From Ignicoccus hospitalis KIN4/I (GTDB lineage Archaea; Thermoproteota; Thermoprotei_A; Sulfolobales; Ignicoccaceae): 32,000 bases of DNA. The DNA lies in NCBI RefSeq assembly GCF_000017945.1, contig NC_009776.1, positions 990,001 to 1,022,000 on the forward strand, given 5' to 3'. The notes below the pieces were generated by a model, which saw only the letters and a program-made list of their open reading frames with translations, had not been told where the DNA came from and did no database searches. Made by a program: the position numbers and the translations under genes. Every line of letters begins with the position of its first letter. Positions within the stretch are counted from its first letter, which is position 1. Shown here one piece after another: positions 1 to 8,171 of the stretch.

Positions 1-526
1 AACCCAAGCTGCCGGCCGTCACTAAGACGTAGCCGCCGTCGTAGGGGTCGTAAAGCCTCGGCTCGTGGACGGGGCCGAACACCTTGGACCTCTTCGGGTA
101 CGCGGCTTTCTGCTCCTCCCAGTGCAAGGCGTTCAAGTCCGAGAACGCGGAGGCGAGCTTGGCGGCTCTGGTGGGCTTGACTACGGCGTCTATAACTTCT
201 ACGTTGACCACCTTGGCCCCCTTGAGCTTCTGCGTTATGCCGGGGACCAGGGCGAAGTTGCTCCCGTTTAAGATTACTACGTCATACTTCTTTATCTTTA
301 ATGAGTCTATCAAGGCCTTGAGGAGCCTCCTCAAAGAGGGGCGGGCCTCGCCCACCGGCACCGGCTGTTCGGTCGAGATGACCTCTTCCGCCACCCCCCG
401 GAACCTCCCCTCCGTCCCCTTGACCGTTAGGACGTCCGGAGGGGAGCCGAGCTCCTTGAGCCAGTAAGCTATCGCGAACGCTTGGCCCGCGTGCCCCCCG
501 AAGCCCCCCACCACGAGGGCCTTCAA
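1..526 (-). CDS. MurG/Alg14-like glycosyltransferase, N-terminal part (C-terminus runs off the window; absent from the supplied ORF track)
   Basis: My translation of the minus strand from TTG at 526-524 stays open to position 1 (about 175 codons): LKALVVGGFGGHAGQAFAIAYWLKELG...VVILNGSNFALVPGITQKLKG. The N-terminal GGxGGH glycine loop is typical of GT28 MurG / Alg14-type transferases. The listed ORF 282..536 in another frame is Gly/Arg/Pro-rich and looks like a shadow frame. Confidence 0.45.
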   Translation of the reverse strand, partial: MKALVVGGFGGHAGQAFAIAYWLKELGSPPDVLTVKGTEGRFRGVAEEVISTEQPVPVGEARPSLRRLLKALIDSLKIKKYDVVILNGSNFALVPGITQKLKGAKVVNVEVIDAVVKPTRAAKLASAFSDLNALHWEEQKAAYPKRSKVFGPVHEPRLYDPYDGGYVLVTAGSLG

Positions 527-539
527 AACCGAACACCCT

Positions 540-2228
540 TCACTCGTGGAGGTATATCAAGTTCAAGGTGTCCTCCTCCACCCCGTCCACCTTGGCGTAG
601 CCCTTCCTAATCAGCTGTACCCAGCCCTCCAACTTGAGGGCTTCTGGCTCCACCAAGGCAAAGGACTTCCTCTCCCCGGGCCTCCAGACTATAGCCCCCT
701 TGGGGTCCTTGACCCACTGGACTATGTCGTAGCCCTTCTCCTTGTCCAGTTCCTTGCTCTCGAACTCGAGTAAGTAGACGCCCTCGTCCTCGTCAAAGCC
801 CTTGTACTTGAAGTTGGCCAACTCCATGAGCCTCAGCCCGCCTCTCCTCTTCGCCCTCCTCAAGTCGGCCCTCTCCAAGTAGACCACCTCCCCGGGCTCC
901 ACCGAGTACTTCCTAGACCCCAAGCCCTCCGTCGGGTGCCACGGGAGCTCCGCCTCCAAGGGCTCTGGGGCCAGCAGCTTGGCCGGCGCGGGGTCCTCCA
1001 CTGCCATCACCCTGTAGGCCTTCTTGTCTATCACCTTCTTGTTCTCGGCTGCTAAATTTGCGAAGCTTATGCTCGCGTCGCTGCTCTTTATCCCGACGCT
1101 CAGCATGACTTCCCTTATCGCCTCCGGGGCGAAGCCCCTCCTCCTCAGCCCCCTTATGGTCGCTGCCCTGGGGTCGTCGCCCTTGAAGCCGGCCTCCCTC
1201 ATCTTGCTCTTGGAGAGCACGAAGCCCTCGAGCTTGAGCCTCCCGAAGTGTATTACCGTAGGCATGGTCCATCCCAAGTGTTTGTACAAGAACTCTTGCT
1301 TCACCGTGTTCTGCCTGTGCTCCCTGGCCCTGAGCACGTGAGTTATGCCCATTAGGTAATCGTCCACCCCCGCGGCGAAGTTGTAGGTGGGCCACAAGAC
1401 GTACTTGTCGCCCGTTAGCGGGTGGGGGTGTTTGGAGGTGTCTATTATCCTAAACGCCACCCAGTCCCTAACCGAGGGGTCCGGGTGCCTCAAGTCGGTC
1501 TTGACCCTTACCACCGCTTCGCCCTCGCCGAACTTGCCCTCTAGCACTTGGTCGAGCAGCTCCTCTTGCTCCTCCGGAGGCAAGTCTCTGTGGGGGCAAG
1601 GCTTGCCCTCGTCCCTGAGCTTCCTCCACTCCTCCGGGGGGCAAGTGCAGACGTAAGCCCCTCCCCTCCTCACGAGCTCCCTCAAGAGCCCGTAGTAAAC
1701 CTCCATCCTCTGGGACTGGTAGTACTCCTCGTCCCACCCTATCCCCAACCAGCTCAAGTCCTCCTTTATGGCCTCGTAGGCCTCCGGCAAGGGCCTCTTG
1801 GTCCTCGGGTCCGTGTCCTCGAAGCGAAGGACGAACCTCCCCTCGTAGGCCTTGGCGTATTCGTAACTTATTATTGCGGGCCTCGCGTTCCCCAAGGTCA
1901 TGTAGAAGTCGGGGTTGGGGGCGAAGCGGGTCTTGACCTTGCCCCTCTCCGCGTTGGGGAGAGGGGGCAAGCCCTTCCTAGTCTCCTTCTTCCTCTCCTC
2001 CAACGCTTCTGGGAACCTCTCCTTCAAGATCCTCTCTTGCTCCTCCAAGCTCATCCTGTTAACTTCTTCTACAACTTCCTTGATTATTGGTATTATCTCC
2101 TTAACCTTAGGGCGGAGCTCCGGGCTCTCCGCTAGGACCGCAGTGACCACCGGCTTGAGCTGGGCCTTGCCGCCGTGGAGGTAGGCGTTCCTCAAGGCGT
2201 GCTTGAGGGCCAGCTCCCTGACGTCCAC
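540..2228 (-). CDS. gltX: Glutamate--tRNA ligase (archaeal-type GluRS)
   Basis: 562 aa with a class I aaRS layout. It has the archaeal GluRS-like N-terminal segment (RFAPNPDFYMTLGNAR, HIGH-region equivalent), a VLSKSKM (KMSKS-type) motif and a long C-terminal anticodon-binding region. GTG start at 2228. Confidence 0.92.
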   Translation of the reverse strand: MDVRELALKHALRNAYLHGGKAQLKPVVTAVLAESPELRPKVKEIIPIIKEVVEEVNRMSLEEQERILKERFPEALEERKKETRKGLPPLPNAERGKVKTRFAPNPDFYMTLGNARPAIISYEYAKAYEGRFVLRFEDTDPRTKRPLPEAYEAIKEDLSWLGIGWDEEYYQSQRMEVYYGLLRELVRRGGAYVCTCPPEEWRKLRDEGKPCPHRDLPPEEQEELLDQVLEGKFGEGEAVVRVKTDLRHPDPSVRDWVAFRIIDTSKHPHPLTGDKYVLWPTYNFAAGVDDYLMGITHVLRAREHRQNTVKQEFLYKHLGWTMPTVIHFGRLKLEGFVLSKSKMREAGFKGDDPRAATIRGLRRRGFAPEAIREVMLSVGIKSSDASISFANLAAENKKVIDKKAYRVMAVEDPAPAKLLAPEPLEAELPWHPTEGLGSRKYSVEPGEVVYLERADLRRAKRRGGLRLMELANFKYKGFDEDEGVYLLEFESKELDKEKGYDIVQWVKDPKGAIVWRPGERKSFALVEPEALKLEGWVQLIRKGYAKVDGVEEDTLNLIYLHE

Positions 2229-2319
2229 TCTAATTTCCCTCTGAAGGGTCCCGGGGAGGTCCTAAAACTCCCTAAGCCCCTATACTTGTTGGGAGTCGAC
2301 GAGGTCCTTCCCCCGATTA

Positions 2320-2658
2320 CTAGCGCAGGGGTACCCCCTTCCTCTTCATCACTTCCTTCAAGGCCCTCCTCAAGTGCTCCGCGTCCACCGCCACGTTCCC
2401 GGTGGTGTCTTCTTGCGTTATGACTACCTTGCCGTTTAAGTAGACCTTAACCGTAGGTATGATGAACACCCTCTCCTCGCTCATAACCCTCGGAGCCATG
2501 GCCACGTCGACCTCTATTACCTTAACCTTGAAGTTCTCTAGGTACTCTACGAGCTTCTCCACCAGCCTCTTGCTGGCCGGCACCCACTCCGCGGTGAACA
2601 CCACTACGCTTACCCCCTCCTTGATCTTCTCCTCGAACTCTTCGTAGCTGGTTATCAA
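2320..2658 (-). CDS. Thioredoxin-fold protein with a degenerate (Cys-less) active site
   Basis: 112 aa. VVVFTAEWVPASKRL aligns to the thioredoxin FWAxWCGPCK segment with both cysteines replaced (WVPAS). A downstream IPTVKVYLNGK resembles the cis-Pro loop / beta strand of thioredoxins. Confidence 0.6.
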   Translation of the reverse strand: MITSYEEFEEKIKEGVSVVVFTAEWVPASKRLVEKLVEYLENFKVKVIEVDVAMAPRVMSEERVFIIPTVKVYLNGKVVITQEDTTGNVAVDAEHLRRALKEVMKRKGVPLR

Positions 2659-2674
2659 GCAGCTCCCTAGTGCC

Positions 2675-3214
2675 TCACCCCAAAGTGACCGAAAAGGGCT
2701 TTTCTGACCCTTCTAAGAGAACCTTGCCCTCGCACTTAGAGAACACTTCGAAGTCGAAGTTCTTTAACCTCAAAACTATGAAGTACTTGCCGGTGTAGAG
2801 CGTAACCCCCTCCGGGGAGAACTTGAGCCTCCCGTCGTCGGTATAAACCTCGTGAATTTCGCACCTCCCCACGCCTACGTCCTCTCTGATCATCCAGCCT
2901 ATGGAGATAACCGCGTCCTTGTTTAGGTGCACCACCCCGGGGTACATGGGGTCTAAGGGGTCCAAGGAATTCATCTTCTTCCCCTTCTCGCCCGTCGCCG
3001 TCCCGGGCTCGAGCTTCAAGGTCCCGGCGCAAGGGCTCTCCACGCCCTTGACGAGCACTTCGCCTTCGACTTCCAAGTCCAGCACGACCACGGGTTTGCC
3101 GTAGTCGTCGAAGGCCCAGAAGACCTTGACTATCCTCAACACGTTGACGGGCCCCCGACCGGCCTCGGCCAGCGGCGTCAGAGCTATCAAGGAAGCGAGG
3201 GCCGACGCTATCAA
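2675..3214 (-). CDS. Hypothetical secreted protein
   Basis: 179 aa with sensible amino-acid composition and an N-terminal hydrophobic signal-like segment (IASALASLIALTPLAEA). No family recognised. The overlapping ORF 2736..3257 is Arg/Gly-rich shadow frame. Confidence 0.5.
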   Translation of the reverse strand: MIASALASLIALTPLAEAGRGPVNVLRIVKVFWAFDDYGKPVVVLDLEVEGEVLVKGVESPCAGTLKLEPGTATGEKGKKMNSLDPLDPMYPGVVHLNKDAVISIGWMIREDVGVGRCEIHEVYTDDGRLKFSPEGVTLYTGKYFIVLRLKNFDFEVFSKCEGKVLLEGSEKPFSVTLG

Positions 3215-3283
3215 TAGCAGCGAGATGAGCGCGAAGCCCTTCCTCGTCTTCGCTCACCGTGCGAGAAGGGACGTTCGAGATCC

Positions 3284-3294
3284 AAAAACGTTTT
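3284..3294 (-). terminator. Oligo-T tract downstream of ppsA (within the palindrome AAAACGTTTT)
   Basis: The minus strand reads AAAACGTTTTT about 12-22 nt after the ppsA stop codon (3306-3308). Archaeal termination typically uses oligo-T tracts. Confidence 0.3.
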
Positions 3295-3305
3295 GCGGGA
3301 GAGAA

Positions 3306-5771
3306 TCACTGGCGGAGCCTCTCCTCGAGCTCCGCCAACCTGTTCAACATCACCTTCCTCTCTATTCCGGCAACCATGTAGCGGGTCCTCACCACGGCGT
3401 CGGGGTTGACGCTTATGCTGTCTATTCCAGTCTTCACTAAGAACTCCACCAGCTCCGGGTAGACGCTGGGGCCTTGTCCGCATATGCTTACGGTCCTCCC
3501 GTACTTGTGGGCGGTCTTGATGAGCATCTCTATAGCCTTTAACACCGCCGGGTCCCTCTCGTCGAAGTAGCCCATCTTAGCTAGCAAGTCGCTGTCTCTG
3601 TCGGCGCCCAACACCAGCTGGGTGAGGTCGTTGCTGCCTATGCTGAAGCCGTCCACCAGCTGGGAGAACTGGTCCGCGAGGAGCACGACGCTCGGGACCT
3701 CTGCCATTATCCACACCTTGAAGTCCCTGCTCCTCTTCAGTCCCTCCTCTTCCATTATCTTCAGCACCTTCTCTACCTCCCAGGTGGTCCTCACGAACGG
3801 CAGCATCACCCAGACGTTCTTCAGCCCGTACTCCTCCCTCACCTTCTTTATCGCCCTTACCTCCAAGCGGAAGGCGGGCTCGTACTTGGGATGGATGTAC
3901 CTAGACACGCCCCTCCAGCCCAACATCGGGTTCCTCTCTTCGGGCTCGAACTCCTCCCCTCCCTTCAGCCCCCTGTACTCGTTGCTCTTGAAGTCGCTGA
4001 ACCTAACCACTACGGGCCTCGGGTATATGGCGGAGGCGACCTTCGCTATGCCGTCGGCCAGCTTGTTTATGAAGAAGGTCTCCTTGCCTTCCTTTATTAG
4101 GTAGAGCGGGTGGTAGCCTATCCAGTCCGTTATTATGAACTCGATCCTCATGAGTCCTATCCCGTCGAACGGCAAGTCCTTGTAGCGGTCGATGGCGTTG
4201 GGCTCGCCCAAGTTCATGTAGATCTTGGTCCCGGTGGGCGGGTAGAGGAAGCGCAGCTCCTCCTTAGGTATGCCGAAGCCCGCGGCCTCGGCCTTCTCCT
4301 CCTTCTTCTCCGCGCCCAACTTCACCTTGCCCTTGTAAACTACTCCCCTATAACCGTCCACAGTCACCACGGTGCCGCTCTGGATCTTCTTGGTAGCCTC
4401 CTTGGTGCCCACCACGGCCGGTATGCCCAGCTCCCTAGATACTATAGCCGCGTGGGAGGTCATGCCCCCTTCGTCGGTTACTATTGCGGACGCCTTCCTC
4501 ATCAAGGGTACCCAGTCGGGGTCGGTCATCTTAGTTACCAGCACGTCGCCCTCGTTGAACTTGTCAGCGTCCTTCTTGGGGTCGAACAAAACCTTAGCGG
4601 TGCCTATCCCTATCCCGGGGGAGGCCGGAAGACCTCGGACGAGGACCTCGGCCTCCACGTGCTCGACCTCCTCTTCCTCTTCTTCGGGCCTCACCTTTAC
4701 CTCTTCCCTTGCGGACCAGACCGTCTCCGGCCTAGCTTGCAACATGAACACGTTCTTGGGGAACTCCATTTCCTTGTCTATAGCCCACTCTATGTCCATA
4801 GGCCTCCCGTAGTGTTCTTCTACCTTGACGCCCATCTTCGCCAACGCGAAGATCTCCCTGTCGTTTAGGGAGGGGGCCTCCGCCTTCTCGGGCGGCAGCG
4901 GGACCTCCTTGGTGCCTCCCTTCTCGGGGTCGAATACTATGGCGATTTCCTTCTTAGCTATGTGCTTCTCCAAGATCATCCTCTTCAAATCTTCCTCGCT
5001 CACCTCAGTGGGGTCCTTGTCTATAAGCTCCTTAACGACCCTCTTGTCCACTATGAAGGTGTCCGGAGTGACCTTGCCTCCCACCACGGCCTCGCCCAGG
5101 CCCCACGAGCTCTCGATAGTGATCTTGTCGCGGTCACCGTTCCTCACGTCCAAAGTAAACATCACTCCGGCCTTGTCCGCGTTGACCATCTTCTGGACCA
5201 CGGTCGCCATAGCCACGTTCTCGTGAGGGATGCCCTTGCTAACCCTGTACGCTATCGCCCTGGCGTTGAAGAGGGAGGCCCAGCACTTCTTGACGTGCTC
5301 CACCACGGAGTCCTCGCCTATCACGTTCAAGTAGGTGTCTTGCTGCCCCGCGAAGGAGGCGTCGGGCAAGTCCTCCGCGGTGGCGGAGGACCTCACGGCC
5401 ACCCTGAGCTTATCGGGCTCCACGCCCACCCTCTTAGCGAGCTCCCTGTAAGCCTTCCTTATCTCCTCTTCCATGTCCTTGGGCATGGGGGTTTCGATTA
5501 TTAACTTCTTAATTTCTTCGGAGACCTTCTCCAGCTCCTTAACGTCGCTCACGTCCACGTCCGCGAGCATGGAGTTTATCTTGTCTAGGAGCCCAGTCTC
5601 CTTTATAAACCTCCTATAAGCGTTGGCGGAGACCACGAAGCCGGGAGGGACCGGTATGCCGGCGTGTACGAGCTCGCCGAGGTTGGCGCCCTTGCCCCCG
5701 GCCAAGGGCAAGTCGTCCTTAGTAATTTCTTCGAACCACAATACTACTTTGTTGACCTTGTCCTCGCTCAA
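3306..5771 (-). CDS. ppsA: Phosphoenolpyruvate synthase (pyruvate, water dikinase)
   Basis: 821 aa with three parts: an N-terminal ATP-grasp region ([10 protein letters not shown]), a central phosphohistidine swivel domain ([24 protein letters not shown]) and a C-terminal PEP-utilising TIM barrel ([12 protein letters not shown]). TTG start. Confidence 0.95.
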   Translation of the reverse strand: MSEDKVNKVVLWFEEITKDDLPLAGGKGANLGELVHAGIPVPPGFVVSANAYRRFIKETGLLDKINSMLADVDVSDVKELEKVSEEIKKLIIETPMPKDMEEEIRKAYRELAKRVGVEPDKLRVAVRSSATAEDLPDASFAGQQDTYLNVIGEDSVVEHVKKCWASLFNARAIAYRVSKGIPHENVAMATVVQKMVNADKAGVMFTLDVRNGDRDKITIESSWGLGEAVVGGKVTPDTFIVDKRVVKELIDKDPTEVSEEDLKRMILEKHIAKKEIAIVFDPEKGGTKEVPLPPEKAEAPSLNDREIFALAKMGVKVEEHYGRPMDIEWAIDKEMEFPKNVFMLQARPETVWSAREEVKVRPEEEEEEVEHVEAEVLVRGLPASPGIGIGTAKVLFDPKKDADKFNEGDVLVTKMTDPDWVPLMRKASAIVTDEGGMTSHAAIVSRELGIPAVVGTKEATKKIQSGTVVTVDGYRGVVYKGKVKLGAEKKEEKAEAAGFGIPKEELRFLYPPTGTKIYMNLGEPNAIDRYKDLPFDGIGLMRIEFIITDWIGYHPLYLIKEGKETFFINKLADGIAKVASAIYPRPVVVRFSDFKSNEYRGLKGGEEFEPEERNPMLGWRGVSRYIHPKYEPAFRLEVRAIKKVREEYGLKNVWVMLPFVRTTWEVEKVLKIMEEEGLKRSRDFKVWIMAEVPSVVLLADQFSQLVDGFSIGSNDLTQLVLGADRDSDLLAKMGYFDERDPAVLKAIEMLIKTAHKYGRTVSICGQGPSVYPELVEFLVKTGIDSISVNPDAVVRTRYMVAGIERKVMLNRLAELEERLRQ

Positions 5772-5853
5772 GGCGCGCCCCTTCCCGCCCTACCGCCCCT
5801 CCTTTTTTAGGGTTCATGCATGCTAATACTGTATATACCCGAGGTGTACGGCC
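5772..5853. promoter_or_regulatory. Divergent promoter region between ppsA and the csa3-like gene
   Basis: The 82-nt spacer has an A/T box for the minus strand (CTAAAAAAGG, 5801-5810), A/T boxes for the plus strand (TAATACT / GTATATAC, 5824-5838) and an 8-bp palindrome CATGCATG (5815-5822) between them. Confidence 0.4.
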
Positions 5854-6528
5854 GTGGAGGTCCACTCGCCAGTGGGCTTCGACGAGAAGCTGCCATTGAG
5901 GTGTCTGCTAGAGGTGGAGAAGGACCTTGGGGACGTCAAGAGGTTTATAGCCTACGTGCCGGAGCCCAGCGACCCGAAGGCCGAAAGGGCCCTTTCTAAC
6001 TTGAAGGATTTGATAGTTAATTATGGAAAGGAGTTCGAGGTGATTTACCTCTCCGCGGACCCGGGGGACCTGTTTCAGAACGTCTCCAAGGTTTCAGCTA
6101 TGCTTAGCAGGTCGCTGAGGCTAGAGGACGTGGCGGTTTGTTTGAACGCCGGCATGAGGCACGTGTTGGTTGCTATGGTACTAGCCGTAATGACCGTCGA
6201 CACCAAAGACTGGGGGAGGGTTTTCGTCTACTTGGGCTCCGAGGGGGACCCCACAAAGCGAGCGTTGTTGAACTTGGCTTCAGTCATAGAGGGACTTCGG
6301 CCCCTATGCGAGAAGGGAGACTTGGAGAGGGCGATCTACGCGGTCGTGAGTAAGGGGCCCATGAAAAAGGCAGACATATTAAAGAAACTGAGGGAGATGG
6401 GTTACGACCGGTCTAAGCAGCGCGTTTACGAAGTTATCAACCGAATGGTGGAGGCGGGCTCCCTCGAAGTGATAAAGCGAGACGGCAAGGAGCTCGTGGC
6501 GCTGAAGGGTTATAAGGAGAGGGAGTAG
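5854..6528 (+). CDS. csa3: Csa3-family CRISPR-associated transcriptional regulator paralog (CARF domain + winged HTH), remote from the cas genes
   Basis: 224 aa. The N-terminal Rossmann-like CARF region (VHSPVGFDEK..., CLNAGMRHVLVAMVLAV) aligns by eye along its length with the csa3 product at 29785..30357 (AHVPLGFDAT..., CGGSGLRVLGLQLLLAC). A C-terminal wHTH (KKADILKKLREMGYDRSKQRVYEVINRMVEAGSLE) follows. GTG start. Confidence 0.7.
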   Translation: MEVHSPVGFDEKLPLRCLLEVEKDLGDVKRFIAYVPEPSDPKAERALSNLKDLIVNYGKEFEVIYLSADPGDLFQNVSKVSAMLSRSLRLEDVAVCLNAGMRHVLVAMVLAVMTVDTKDWGRVFVYLGSEGDPTKRALLNLASVIEGLRPLCEKGDLERAIYAVVSKGPMKKADILKKLREMGYDRSKQRVYEVINRMVEAGSLEVIKRDGKELVALKGYKERE

Positions 6529-7043
6529 CACGCGAAGAAGTCGCCAACGGAGCACACCTCCTCCCCGACCGACCCGAGCTCCTCCCTAGATAGGAAGCGC
6601 GCGTACTTGAAGATCGGATGCCCCCTCCTCCCCTTCTCTTCGTAGGACTTGACCAGCTCGCTCTCCTTGAGCAGCGCGCAGACGACCACCCTCTTCCCCA
6701 CCCTCTTAGCCTCCTTCAACGACCTCTCCTTGTCTTGTACGAAGCAGAGCGAGGTGACGAAGGCTACCGTATCGAAGGAGGAGCTCCGGAAGGGGAGGGC
6801 TTCGGCGACCCCTAAGACGGCCTCCGCGCCCTTCCCCTTCGCTAACCTCAACGCCCCCAAGGCCGGGTCCAAGGCGACGCAGCCCAGGGGCGCCGAGAAG
6901 GCCCCCGTGCCGGCGCCTACCTCTAAGCACCTCCCCTTCACCGCCCTCCTAACGCACTCGAGCTCCTCCCGGTAGAGCCCTTCGTTCTCTTTGTACCAAG
7001 AGTCGTACTCCTCCGCGAGCCTCGAGAAGGCCTCGAAGCTCAT
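6510..7043 (-). CDS. Class I SAM-dependent methyltransferase
   Basis: SAM-binding motif I (CLEVGAGTGAFS) plus a Methyltransf_11-like downstream pattern (DTVAFVTSLCFVQD). The track starts it at GTG 7058. I prefer ATG 7043-7041, which forms an ATGA overlap with the stop codon of the upstream gene (7040-7042). Confidence 0.75.
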   Translation of the reverse strand: MSFEAFSRLAEEYDSWYKENEGLYREELECVRRAVKGRCLEVGAGTGAFSAPLGCVALDPALGALRLAKGKGAEAVLGVAEALPFRSSSFDTVAFVTSLCFVQDKERSLKEAKRVGKRVVVCALLKESELVKSYEEKGRRGHPIFKYARFLSREELGSVGEEVCSVGDFFACYSLSL

Positions 7044-8137
7044 TGGGCCACACCGCACGTGTTCCCTATCCCGGCCACTATCGCGGTAGCGCCCTTGGGC
7101 AGCTCCTTCACCCTTTCTATTACTTTCTGGACCACGAGGTCCACCGCTTTGGCCACCTTCTCCGGCATGTCAGTTATTGCCTCCTCCGCACTCATCTTAA
7201 TTACTATGGCCTCCAAGGGAATGCCGTACTTGGTGGCCGCCCTCTCTATGGCTATCTTCTCCGGCCCGGGGTCCCCTATGGCCGCGCCGGAGCCCTCCGC
7301 TATCTGGCCGGTCTCCTCTCCCTCCAACTTTAACGCCGCGTCGACCGTCAAGATGAGGTCCACCTTCCCCCGGAGCTCCTCCACGACCCTTTGGACGGCC
7401 TCGCCCGGGGAGCCGACCGTGGCCCCGGGCCCCTCGGCCTTTATCACTATTACCCTCCTGCCTTCAATGTCCACCTCGCCCGCGACCGTGTCCTTGGCGG
7501 GCCTCCACAGCCTCTTCTTATTGATAAGTAACCTAAATGCCACCAGCGGGCCCGCCCCGTCGCCCACGGGTCTGCAGTTCTTGAAGGTGTCCAAGGCATC
7601 CCTCAAAGTCTTGCTCATCTTACTTATCATGGGCATCAACATCCATAGTTGCATCATCAGGAAGAAGTTGTTAGTCTTTAAGGACGTAAGCAAGTAGTGT
7701 CTCACGATCTTGTATATCGTGTTCAAGCTGTTGGTTATTTCGAGCATTACCATGGCGTTGTGCTTGTGGGCCCTCGGGACGTCCTCCGGCAGGCTTGAGG
7801 ATAACAGCCTCTCCCACCTCTCTTGACCAGTTCTAATTATGTGGGCCATCCTCTTGGTTATGTCAGTGGGCTCTATGTCTACCGGACTTATGTGGAAGAA
7901 CTCCTTTATTCTCCTTACTATCTCATCAGCGTTCTTAACGTTTAACTTCTTCAAGACCTCTAGGGTCTCCTTCTCGCTCTCCTCCGCGTACCCCTTTATC
8001 TCTTCCATTTTCACCCTTATGTTCTTGGCCCATATGTACATCCTGAGGCGGGCGTCGGCGCCGGTGAAGGCCATGAGTAAGAACGCCATAAACATCAGCT
8101 GCGTTATCACGTCCAATACGTTTGAGGGTTCTTGCAA
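7040..8137 (-). CDS. Archaeal DUF1512-like membrane-associated protein
   Basis: 365 aa with an N-terminal TM segment (VITQLMFMAFLLMAF) and a C-terminal region with GPGATVGSPGEA / AIGDPGPEKIAIE. Size and pattern match my recollection of the archaea-specific DUF1512 family. Not verified by search. Confidence 0.55.
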   Translation of the reverse strand: MQEPSNVLDVITQLMFMAFLLMAFTGADARLRMYIWAKNIRVKMEEIKGYAEESEKETLEVLKKLNVKNADEIVRRIKEFFHISPVDIEPTDITKRMAHIIRTGQERWERLLSSSLPEDVPRAHKHNAMVMLEITNSLNTIYKIVRHYLLTSLKTNNFFLMMQLWMLMPMISKMSKTLRDALDTFKNCRPVGDGAGPLVAFRLLINKKRLWRPAKDTVAGEVDIEGRRVIVIKAEGPGATVGSPGEAVQRVVEELRGKVDLILTVDAALKLEGEETGQIAEGSGAAIGDPGPEKIAIERAATKYGIPLEAIVIKMSAEEAITDMPEKVAKAVDLVVQKVIERVKELPKGATAIVAGIGNTCGVAQ

Positions 8138-8171
8138 CGCCGAGCCCGGTTACGGCAGAAGGCCTCGCTTA

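Noticed and set aside
282-536. Listed 84-aa minus-strand ORF at the left edge
   Set aside because: It is a Gly/Arg/Pro-rich shadow frame. The neighbouring minus-strand frame starting at TTG 526 gives a far more protein-like sequence (GGxGGH loop) and stays open to the window edge.
913-2135. Long alternative-frame ORFs inside gltX (913..1395, 1024..1341, 1468..1737, 1548..2135, 1915..2184). Similar ones lie inside ppsA (4110..4868, 4962..5504), cas3' (25030..25734, 25840..26445), the cytochrome gene (18917..19465) and tmcA (9225..9719, 9502..9882).
   Set aside because: Their composition is Gly/Arg/Pro/Leu- or Ser/Thr-rich, as expected for shadow frames of GC-rich coding DNA. Each lies fully inside a gene with strong motif support.
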